29,378 nucleotides of DNA from contig JBKSMV010000014.1 in assembly GCA_046881985.1 (NCBI GenBank), forward strand, positions 1 to 29,378, written 5' to 3'. Below are positions 1 through 7,621 of the stretch, piece after piece (positions within the stretch are counted from its first letter, which is position 1; each line of letters starts with the position of its first letter). The position numbers and the translations under genes are program-made. This DNA is from Clostridia bacterium (lineage in GTDB: Bacteria; Bacillota; Clostridia; Christensenellales; UBA1242). The notes beneath the pieces were generated by a model, which searched no databases, had not been told where the DNA came from, and saw nothing but the letters and a program-made list of their open reading frames with translations.

Positions 1-134
1 ATTGGGTTGGTTATAGAGTGTAGCGACAATATCTGCAGAACGATATCTCTATAGTCGTACATATTTAGTGGAATGATACTTTCTTTATTTAAGTAAGGTG
101 GGAGAGAGATTGATAGTGACGAATAATTTTGCAT
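1..134 (-). CDS. Possible 5' end of a divergently transcribed gene running off the left edge (MQNYSSLSISLPPYLNKESIIPLNMYDYRDIVLQILSLHSITNP...)
   Basis: My translation of the - strand from ATG at 134 stays open for 44 codons to position 1. There is no SD and no recognisable motif, so this could be chance. Confidence 0.25.
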   Translation of the reverse strand, partial: MQNYSSLSISLPPYLNKESIIPLNMYDYRDIVLQILSLHSITNP

Positions 135-330
135 AAAACTTCTAACTTTTGCAAAAGAGTTTTTATTGCCTAACCAACCATGAAGATAGACGATACATGT
201 TTCACCCCTTTTTATATAATCGTAATCTATCTGATAAACCTTGTATATGTATTTCATATTTATATATATGCGTACGTGTACGACAATGCAACATTGTGTC
301 ACAAACAAAACCTTGCACATATAAACATGT

Positions 331-1380
331 ATGCAAACAATTGGTATATTTTTCGGTGGTAAGTCTGTAGAGCATGATGTATCTATAGTGACAGCCATGC
401 AATGTCACACATCTATCAAGCACGTCTACAAGACGAAACTTATCTATATCACCAAGCAAAACGACTTTTATCTTTTGCCTGACAATTTTACTATTCAGGA
501 CTTCAAAAACTTTCCACAGCGAGCTAGGCGAATACGTCACTTCCATTTCAAGATAGACATAGCACTCAACTGCTGTCATGGTGGCATAGGGGAGAATGGT
601 TTTTTGGCGACATTATTTTCCATACTAAACATTCCTTATACTAGCGCTAGTCCACAAAGTGCCATGCTCACTATGGATAAGGCTCTGACAAAACAAGCAC
701 TTTCAAAGACCAAAATCCCAACTTTGCCTGCCAAGACTTTTAGAGTCTGTCCACAAGACTCCATTTTGGAGAGTATGGACTATCCAGTCATAGTCAAGCC
801 AAAAAGTTTGGGTAGTAGCATAGGTGTCCAACGTTGTGATGATATTGAGAGCACACGTACAGCCATAATGTCAGCCCTTATCTATGACGACGAGTGTATT
901 GTAGAGAAATGTATCACACCGCTCGTTGAGTACAATTGTGCAATTGTAAGGTCAGGCGAAGACTATATAATTAGCGAAATAGAACAACCAATTAAGCATG
1001 ACACCACATTGTCTTTTAGTGACAAATATCTAAATGCTGGCCAAAAGGGAATGAAAGGTCAGTCACGACTCTTGCCAGCACCTATTGACGACAAATTGCG
1101 AGAAAAGGTGGAAAAATACACACTAGAATCATACCAGACACTCAACTTAAAGGGTGTAGTGAGAATAGACTATCTCTACAATCCAAACACCAAGAAACTC
1201 TATCTAAATGAAATCAACACCATACCAGGCTCATTAGCCTTTTACTTATTTGAGCCAAAGGGTATAGGATTCGTGGAATTAGTAGATATTATGTTAAAAG
1301 ATGCCGTCAATACGGACAGCAACGACAAAATTACCACTTTCGATTCGCAAATCCTTGACTTCGCTTTACATAAAAATTGA
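331..1380 (+). CDS. ddl: D-alanine--D-alanine ligase
   Basis: N-terminal GIFFGGKSVEHDVS, HGGIGENG, VKPKSLGSSIGV, RIDY and LNEINTIPG motifs. The omega loop SFSDKY has Tyr after Lys, the D-Ala-D-Ala type. Confidence 0.93.
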   Translation: MQTIGIFFGGKSVEHDVSIVTAMQCHTSIKHVYKTKLIYITKQNDFYLLPDNFTIQDFKNFPQRARRIRHFHFKIDIALNCCHGGIGENGFLATLFSILNIPYTSASPQSAMLTMDKALTKQALSKTKIPTLPAKTFRVCPQDSILESMDYPVIVKPKSLGSSIGVQRCDDIESTRTAIMSALIYDDECIVEKCITPLVEYNCAIVRSGEDYIISEIEQPIKHDTTLSFSDKYLNAGQKGMKGQSRLLPAPIDDKLREKVEKYTLESYQTLNLKGVVRIDYLYNPNTKKLYLNEINTIPGSLAFYLFEPKGIGFVELVDIMLKDAVNTDSNDKITTFDSQILDFALHKN

Positions 1381-1413
1381 CTTGTGCTAAACTAAGAGTA
1401 CAAAGGAGAGATT

Positions 1414-1809
1414 ATGACCAATTCTGAGCTTATAAAGATTGCAAAGTCCACTTTGCAGTCGGTATTGGACAACCCTTATGATAGAAAAGAATCCACCTAC
1501 GTTGCGGCGGCGCTAGAGAGTGCTAGTGGCAAAGTTTACGTCGGTGTCAATATTGATTGGTGGCATTCTACTTGTGCAGAACAGACTGCACTAGGCTCAG
1601 CTTGGGCACAGGGCGAGCGAGATTTCAAGAAGATTGTAGCAGTCACCAAAAATGCACAAGGCAAGATTGATGTCACTTCGCCATGTGGCATTTGTAGGCA
1701 AATGTTCGCCATACACACACCAGACATCAAGGTTATCATCAAGTCAAACGGCAAGATTGTGACGAAAACAATCAAAGAATTATTGCCAGATAGTTATGTA
1801 GAGGTTTAG
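1414..1809 (+). CDS. cdd: Cytidine deaminase (small, homotetrameric type)
   Basis: AAALESASGKVYVGVNI, Zn-binding TCAE and SPCGICRQ motifs; AGGAGA SD. Confidence 0.88.
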   Translation: MTNSELIKIAKSTLQSVLDNPYDRKESTYVAAALESASGKVYVGVNIDWWHSTCAEQTALGSAWAQGERDFKKIVAVTKNAQGKIDVTSPCGICRQMFAIHTPDIKVIIKSNGKIVTKTIKELLPDSYVEV

Positions 1810-1811
1810 TA

Positions 1812-3761
1812 ATGAGTTACGCAGCTAAAGATTTAGTAGTTTTGGAAGGTTTGGACGCAGTAAGAATGCGCCCAGGTATGTACGTTGGTAGCACAGGCAG
1901 TCGTGGTATGCACCACATTTTGTGGGAGATTATCGACAATGGTATTGACGAACTTGCCAATGGTTATGGCAACACACTTACGGTCAAAATCCACAAAGAC
2001 GGCAGTGCCACAGTGTCAGACAATGGCCGTGGCGTACCAGTTGACCCACACCCAAAGCTCAAAATCTCAGGTGTAGAAGTCGTTTATACTCAATTGCACG
2101 CTGGTGGTAAGTTCGGTGACGGCAACTACCAATACTCTGGCGGACTACATGGTGTAGGCGCATCAGTCACCAATGCTCTCAGTAGATATCTTGAAGTGAC
2201 AGTTTGTCGTGAAGGTAAGAAATATTATGCCAAGTTTGAGAGTATTCAAAAGGGCAACAAAATCCACAGCGGACAGACCGTCCAAAAACTCACTTGCCTA
2301 GGCGACACCAAAGAAACCGGCACAACAGTACACTTTATGCCAGACGATAGAGTGTTTAGTGATGTGGATTTCTCTTATGACGCTATTGCCAAGAAGTTGA
2401 GAGAAGATGCATACCTAAATCGTGGTATTATCATTAGTTTTACAGACGAACGTACCGGCCAAAAGGAGCAATTCTGCTATGAAGGCGGTATAAAAGACTA
2501 TGTGACCTATCTCAACGAAGGCAAGACTGCACAATATTATCCACCAGTATTTATAGAAGGTGAGAGTGACGGAGTTTATGTACAACTAGCACTCCAACAC
2601 ACAGACACCTTTACCGAAAATATCTTTAGTTTTGTAAATAATATTCCTACACCGGAAGGCGGTTGGCACGAAGTTGGCTTCAAGACTGCACTAACAAAAG
2701 TGCTAAACGATACGGCAAGAAAGCAAGGCTTTATCAAAGAAAAGGAAGACAACTTGCTTGGAGAAGACTATCGTGAAGGTATGACGGCGGTGTTGTGCAT
2801 CAAGATGAAAAATGTACAATTCGAAGGTCAAACCAAGACAAAACTCGGCAATGTTGAAGCCAAAACCAAGGTAGAAGCGGTATGCTCTGTCAAGCTGGAC
2901 GAGTTTTTCAATAGTATCAAAAATACACCTATACTTCAAGCCATCATCGAGAAGGCAAAGGGTGCTCAAAAAGTGCGTCTAGCGAGCCGTAGAGCCAAAG
3001 ATTTGGCAAGGGCGAAGAATAGTATCGAAGGCTCAAGCCTTGTAGGTAAGTTCGCCAACTGCAGTGGTAGAGATTATTCCAAAAACGAACTCTTTATCGT
3101 AGAAGGTAAATCCGCAGGTGGCAATGCCAAGATGGGCAGAGACCGACATTTCCAAGCCATTTTGCCACTCAGGGGCAAGCCATTGAATGCCGAAAAGAAG
3201 CGCATGGACCAAGTTTTGCAAAACGAAGAAATCCGTACTATCATAGGTGCTCTTGGCACAGGAATTGGTGACGACTTCAAAATAAGTAATCTCAAGTTTG
3301 ACAAGGTAATTATCTTGAGTGATGCGGACGTAGACGGCGAACACATTCGTGCCATTTTGATTACATTCTTCTTCCGCTATATGAGAGAACTCATTACAGA
3401 CGGACACGTGTATTGTGGTATGCCACCATTATACAAAGTGACCAGCAAGGACAAGTCTTTGTATGCATACAATGACAAAGATTTGCAAGACGTAATCGCA
3501 CAAGTGGGCAAGAATTACACACTTCAAAGATACAAAGGTCTAGGCGAAATGAATGCCGACCAACTCAAAGAAACTACCATGAATCCAGCCAAGAGAAGCC
3601 TAATCCAAGTGACCATTGACGATGCGGTGCAAGCCGACCAATCTATCACTACATGGATGGGCGATGCGGTAGAAAAACGTAAAGAATACATTACCAAATA
3701 CGCCAACTTCAACAACAATAATGACAACGACCTAGTGAATATGGTAGAAGAAAACAACTAA
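1812..3761 (+). CDS. parE: Type IIA topoisomerase B subunit, probably topoisomerase IV ParE
   Basis: GLDAVRMRPGMYVGS, EIIDNGIDE, DNGRG, LHAGGKF, GGLHGVG (GHKL ATPase); PLRGK, DADVDG, QRYKGLGEMN. It is paired with an A subunit lacking a GyrA-box. Confidence 0.85.
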   Translation: MSYAAKDLVVLEGLDAVRMRPGMYVGSTGSRGMHHILWEIIDNGIDELANGYGNTLTVKIHKDGSATVSDNGRGVPVDPHPKLKISGVEVVYTQLHAGGKFGDGNYQYSGGLHGVGASVTNALSRYLEVTVCREGKKYYAKFESIQKGNKIHSGQTVQKLTCLGDTKETGTTVHFMPDDRVFSDVDFSYDAIAKKLREDAYLNRGIIISFTDERTGQKEQFCYEGGIKDYVTYLNEGKTAQYYPPVFIEGESDGVYVQLALQHTDTFTENIFSFVNNIPTPEGGWHEVGFKTALTKVLNDTARKQGFIKEKEDNLLGEDYREGMTAVLCIKMKNVQFEGQTKTKLGNVEAKTKVEAVCSVKLDEFFNSIKNTPILQAIIEKAKGAQKVRLASRRAKDLARAKNSIEGSSLVGKFANCSGRDYSKNELFIVEGKSAGGNAKMGRDRHFQAILPLRGKPLNAEKKRMDQVLQNEEIRTIIGALGTGIGDDFKISNLKFDKVIILSDADVDGEHIRAILITFFFRYMRELITDGHVYCGMPPLYKVTSKDKSLYAYNDKDLQDVIAQVGKNYTLQRYKGLGEMNADQLKETTMNPAKRSLIQVTIDDAVQADQSITTWMGDAVEKRKEYITKYANFNNNNDNDLVNMVEENN

Positions 3762-3777
3762 TTAAATCGAGGACATT

Positions 3778-6279
3778 ATGCCAAAAGATGACGACAAGCA
3801 AGTAGGAATGTTTGACGAGAAGTCAAAACCAAAAAGAAAGAAAAAATCAGCAGAAGCATCTGTGCCAGAAGAAATCACTGGCAATGTTTTCACACGTACA
3901 GTAGAAGACATTATGAACTCAAGTATGCTTCCATACTCTGAAAGCGTAATCTTGGACAGAGCATTGCCAAGAGTAGAAGACGGATTGAAGCCCGTACAAA
4001 GACGTATCTTATATACAATGATGGAAGCAGGGCTCACTCCAGACAAGCCATTCAAGAAATGCGCCGCAACTGTCGGTGATGTTTTGGGTAAATACCACCC
4101 ACATGGTGACACGTCTGTTTATGATGCATTAGTTCGTCTTGCGCAAGATTTCACTATCAATATTCCGCTCATTCAAGGTCAAGGCAACTTTGGTTCAATA
4201 GACGGCGACCCAGCCGCTGCTTATCGTTATACAGAAGCAAGACTTAGTCCACTTTCACTCGAACTTATGCGAGATATTGACAAAGATACAGTCAATTTTA
4301 GCCTAAGTTTTGACGATAGACACAAAGAGCCTGACTATCTGCCAGGTAGATTCCCAAACCTTTTGGTCAATGGTACTACTGGTATTGCAGTAGGTTTGGC
4401 GACCAATATTCCGCCACACAACCTTGGCGAAGTGATTGATGCCACAGTGGCATATATCGAAGACGAGAATGCTAACCTTGCTACACTGCTTAAGCACATC
4501 AAAGGTCCAGATTTTCCAACTGGTGGCATGGTGCTCAAAGACCAAAACATGATTGATGCCTACGCTACTGGTAGGGGCAAAGTGCCAGTTAGAGCAGTAT
4601 GGCATTTGGAAGATGCTAGTGCAGGAAAGACAAATATTGTCATCACAGAATTACCTTACCAAGTGAATAAGGCAGAGTTTTTGGTGCACGTCCTAGAAGT
4701 TAAGGACAAATACAAGGGTTGCCTAAATGCCATTACCGAGATTCAAGACGAGTCAGACATGAATGGTATGCGTGCAGTTATCACTGTACGTAAAGACGGC
4801 GACGTACAGGGAATTATTAGCGAACTCTTGAAGCGAACTGAAATGCAATGCAACTTCAACTATAACGTAGTGGCTATCGCAGACGGCAAGCCAAAGCAAA
4901 TGTCACTTTTGGACATCACAAAATACTACGTAAACTTCCAAGTGGACGTTATCGTTCGCCGTACCAAGTACAATCTAGAGAAAGCGACCGCACGTGCACA
5001 CATTTTGGAAGGTCTTGTTATCGCTATTCAAAATATTGACGAAGTGATTCGTATCATCAAGACTAGCGAGAGTGTTCAACTTGCCAAAGAGCAACTCATG
5101 GCTAGATTTGCTCTCACAGAAGTACAAGCTGTGGCTATCTTGGACATGAAACTCTCAAGACTAACCAATCTTGAAACTACTAAACTCGAAGCCGAGCTCA
5201 AAGATTTGCACAAGCAAATCAAAGTTTACAAGCACATACTTTCTGGTAGAGAGTACCAGTTGGAAGTGGTCAAAGAAGAACTTTTGGACATCAAAAACCG
5301 CTTCCCAACACCACGTAAGACTCAAATCGTTCGTGCATTTGACGAGTACGTGGCTACACCTATCGAAAAAGCCATAGAAAACGAAGAATGTGTACTTTAT
5401 GTGTCAGTTGATGGCTTAAGACTTAAGAAAGTCCCATTCAAGTCAATTAAGGAAGGCGACAATAGTTTTGCCACAGCCAACAATATCAACCTATTGTTTA
5501 GAGACAATGCTCATGCATTCTCCAATGACACAATATTGGCATTTACCAATGCTGGTAATGTGTACAAGTTTACTGCACGAGATGTAGAGCAATGCAAACA
5601 GCATAACAAGGGCATGCAACTCTCACAACTTTGCAAGTGTGAAGCCAATGAGCAGATTGTCAATATATTTAATTTCACCGAACTCAACCCAGCGAACGAC
5701 TTGTATTTCTTCACTCGTGAAGGGTATATTCGCAAATGTCCAGTAAGTGAGTTCAATATCGCCAAGTCAAGCGCAAGCGCTATCAAACTCAAAGCAGGCG
5801 ATGAAGTTATCAAGATTCAAGACAACTTTTACCTACCAAGCGCACTATTTGTGACCAAGAATGGTATGGTGCTCAACTGCGAACTTGGTACAACACCAAC
5901 TCAAAAGCGTGGAGCAAGCGGTGTCATCGGCATTCAACTCGCACAAGGTGACGAAGTTGTATTTGCCGGACAAGTGAGCGCAGGGGATAAGGTGCTTATA
6001 ATTACTGACAACAACCATGCCAAACGTGTCAACCTTGCCGAAGTGCCAATGAGTGCACGAAATAGAAAAGGACTACAAATCTGCATGGCCAAAGAAAAGG
6101 TGACTTATGCCGTAGCACCAACTATAAGCGGAGAGTTTGTAGCAGTATTCAAGTCAGGAGCGGTGTCTTGTGTAGATATCAACAAGATTGATGTGATATC
6201 TAGAGTTAAGACTGGCAAACCACTTCCAAACGTAAAATCTGATGATAAATTGGTGACAGCGACCATATATAATATTTAG
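3778..6279 (+). CDS. parC: Type IIA topoisomerase A subunit, probably topoisomerase IV ParC
   Basis: [24 protein letters not shown], catalytic [25 protein letters not shown]. No QRRGGKG GyrA-box at the start of the C-terminal domain. Confidence 0.82.
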   Translation: MPKDDDKQVGMFDEKSKPKRKKKSAEASVPEEITGNVFTRTVEDIMNSSMLPYSESVILDRALPRVEDGLKPVQRRILYTMMEAGLTPDKPFKKCAATVGDVLGKYHPHGDTSVYDALVRLAQDFTINIPLIQGQGNFGSIDGDPAAAYRYTEARLSPLSLELMRDIDKDTVNFSLSFDDRHKEPDYLPGRFPNLLVNGTTGIAVGLATNIPPHNLGEVIDATVAYIEDENANLATLLKHIKGPDFPTGGMVLKDQNMIDAYATGRGKVPVRAVWHLEDASAGKTNIVITELPYQVNKAEFLVHVLEVKDKYKGCLNAITEIQDESDMNGMRAVITVRKDGDVQGIISELLKRTEMQCNFNYNVVAIADGKPKQMSLLDITKYYVNFQVDVIVRRTKYNLEKATARAHILEGLVIAIQNIDEVIRIIKTSESVQLAKEQLMARFALTEVQAVAILDMKLSRLTNLETTKLEAELKDLHKQIKVYKHILSGREYQLEVVKEELLDIKNRFPTPRKTQIVRAFDEYVATPIEKAIENEECVLYVSVDGLRLKKVPFKSIKEGDNSFATANNINLLFRDNAHAFSNDTILAFTNAGNVYKFTARDVEQCKQHNKGMQLSQLCKCEANEQIVNIFNFTELNPANDLYFFTREGYIRKCPVSEFNIAKSSASAIKLKAGDEVIKIQDNFYLPSALFVTKNGMVLNCELGTTPTQKRGASGVIGIQLAQGDEVVFAGQVSAGDKVLIITDNNHAKRVNLAEVPMSARNRKGLQICMAKEKVTYAVAPTISGEFVAVFKSGAVSCVDINKIDVISRVKTGKPLPNVKSDDKLVTATIYNI

Positions 6280-6287
6280 GAGTAGAC

Positions 6288-7268
6288 ATGAAATATATCG
6301 TACGATTTATCAAAGGACTATTGGTCGGTTGTGTCAATATCATACCAGGTGTCAGTGCAGGCACTATTGCCGTAGTGACAAATGTGTATGACGAGATAAT
6401 TACCGCACTATCATTAGATTTTAAGTATATCAAAAAGAACTTCTGGAAACTACTTGCCCTAGGACTTGGTGTTATTGTTGGCATTGTGCTTTTCAGCAAG
6501 ATTATTAGATTTTTGTTTAATAATTACTATCGTAGTACCATGAACTTCTTTGTGGGATTGGTTATCGGTAGTATTCCATTGCTTGTGAAAAATGCTCTCA
6601 AAATGGAAGAAGACAGCAAACGTTGGGTCAAGTGGGTAGTGGCAGGACTATGCTTTGCTGTAGTATTGACTTATTCAATACTTATGAAAGGCGACGACAA
6701 CTCTGCAGTGATTACCACACTATCTACTGGCACATTTTTCAAACTAATGGGTCTTGTGGCAGTTAGTTCAATTGCCATGATATTACCAGGTTTAAGTGGC
6801 TCACTTATGATGATGTTTTTCGGCATTTATAATACCGTCATTGGAGCGATTGCAGACTTCAATTTTGCGATGCTTATACCAGTAGTACTAGGTTCTATCA
6901 TAGGTATTGTAGTTGGCTCTATCGCTCTCAAATGGCTACTCAACCGCTTTGGCAAAACTACCAATTTTGCCATTGTCGCATTAGTTTTGGCATCACTTTT
7001 GGGTGTGTATATCGCATACGTTTTACCACGTATGGCATTCGATTGGGTGCTGGTGGCAGATATATGTGCACTCTTGGCAGGTATAGTGGGTGGCTATTTC
7101 CTATGCTTCGCTAGCCAAAAGGGCGACAAAAAAGAATCTTCTCAACCAGCATTGCAATCAGCCAACACTCCAATTCAGTTGCCTGATGCAAATACGACTG
7201 CCCAAGCAGAAGGCCAACTGGCTGACACCACACCACTAGAACACGACCAGCCACCAAAAAATGAATAA
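6288..7268 (+). CDS. DUF368 family membrane protein (putative undecaprenyl-phosphate translocase)
   Basis: Duplicated re-entrant motifs IIPGVSAGTIA and ILPGLSGS, many hydrophobic helices, SD AGGAG. Confidence 0.85.
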   Translation: MKYIVRFIKGLLVGCVNIIPGVSAGTIAVVTNVYDEIITALSLDFKYIKKNFWKLLALGLGVIVGIVLFSKIIRFLFNNYYRSTMNFFVGLVIGSIPLLVKNALKMEEDSKRWVKWVVAGLCFAVVLTYSILMKGDDNSAVITTLSTGTFFKLMGLVAVSSIAMILPGLSGSLMMMFFGIYNTVIGAIADFNFAMLIPVVLGSIIGIVVGSIALKWLLNRFGKTTNFAIVALVLASLLGVYIAYVLPRMAFDWVLVADICALLAGIVGGYFLCFASQKGDKKESSQPALQSANTPIQLPDANTTAQAEGQLADTTPLEHDQPPKNE

Positions 7269-7274
7269 AATAAG

Positions 7275-7303
7275 TTGACAAGTTCGGTAATCTGTGATAA
7301 ATT
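7275..7303 (+). promoter_or_regulatory. Sigma-A promoter of tRNA-Leu
   Basis: TTGACA (7275-7280), 17 nt, TG-extended TAAATT (7298-7303); the tRNA starts 11 nt later. Confidence 0.75.
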
Positions 7304-7314
7304 ACCGAATGTAA

Positions 7315-7397
7315 GGGGGAGTGGCGGAATTGGCATACGCGCACGTTTGAGGGGCGTGTGGGCAACCTTGTGAGTTCAAATCTCATCTTCCCCACCA
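7315..7397 (+). tRNA. tRNA-Leu(GAG), CCA encoded
   Basis: Acceptor stem GGGGGAG/CTTCCCC, discriminator A plus CCA; D-loop AATTGGCA; anticodon arm CACGT-TTGAGGG-GCGTG; long variable arm; T-arm GTGAG-TTCAAAT-CTCAT. Confidence 0.96.
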
Positions 7398-7400
7398 TAT

Positions 7401-7426
7401 AATCACCATGAAAGTGGTGATTTTTT
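7401..7426 (+). terminator. Intrinsic terminator after tRNA-Leu
   Basis: AATCACCAT-GAAA-GTGGTGATT followed by a T run. Confidence 0.85.
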
Positions 7427-7457
7427 ATTGATTTTTATAAATTATTGATATATTTTA

Positions 7458-7486
7458 TTGCCAACTCAAATAATTTGTGGTATCAT
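7458..7486 (+). promoter_or_regulatory. Sigma-A promoter of the metG-like leader
   Basis: TTGCCA (7458-7463), 17 nt, TG-extended TATCAT (7481-7486). Confidence 0.7.
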
Positions 7487-7492
7487 AAAAGT

Positions 7493-7540
7493 ATGAAAAA
7501 GGCATTCGCACAGCAACAAAATACTACCATCAGTCTATAA
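7493..7540 (+). CDS. Candidate leaderless leader peptide MKKAFAQQQNTTISL
   Basis: The ATG lies 6 nt after the -10, at the expected TSS. The ORF overlaps the first segment of a putative attenuator. It is not in the ORF track. Confidence 0.4.
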   Translation: MKKAFAQQQNTTISL

Positions 7541-7576
7541 TATAGGCAGTATTTTGCGTGATACCTATTAAATAAC

Positions 7577-7607
7577 AAACACTACGCAAAACGTAGTGTT
7601 TTTGTTT
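7577..7607 (+). terminator. Intrinsic terminator in the 5' leader of the metG-like gene (attenuator)
   Basis: AAACACTACG-CAAAA-CGTAGTGTTT plus TTGTTT, ending just before the SD AAGGAG. Confidence 0.75.
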
Positions 7608-7621
7608 AGAAAGGAGATAAT

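Noticed and set aside
149-579. ORFs 149-370 (+), 180-362 (+) and 202-579 (-)
   Set aside because: They overlap ddl or its promoter region, have no SD and show no recognisable motif.
331-1380. Van-type D-Ala-D-Lac ligase
   Set aside because: The omega loop keeps K-Y (SFSDKY), and no vanH, vanX or vanRS genes are nearby.
1812-6279. Calling the topoisomerase pair gyrB/gyrA
   Set aside because: There is no GyrA-box and no dnaA-dnaN-recF origin context, so topoisomerase IV-like is preferred. A phylogeny would be decisive.
7111-7398. 95-aa - strand ORF
   Set aside because: It is the antisense of tRNA-Leu and the DUF368 tail.
7315-7440. tRNA 3' end as a possible integration site
   Set aside because: No integrase and no duplicated tRNA 3' end were seen in the window; housekeeping genes flank it.
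7490-7620. T-box or SAM riboswitch upstream of the metG-like gene
   Set aside because: There is no GGTGGTACC-type T-box sequence, no SAM-I core, and the leader is too short for a full T-box.
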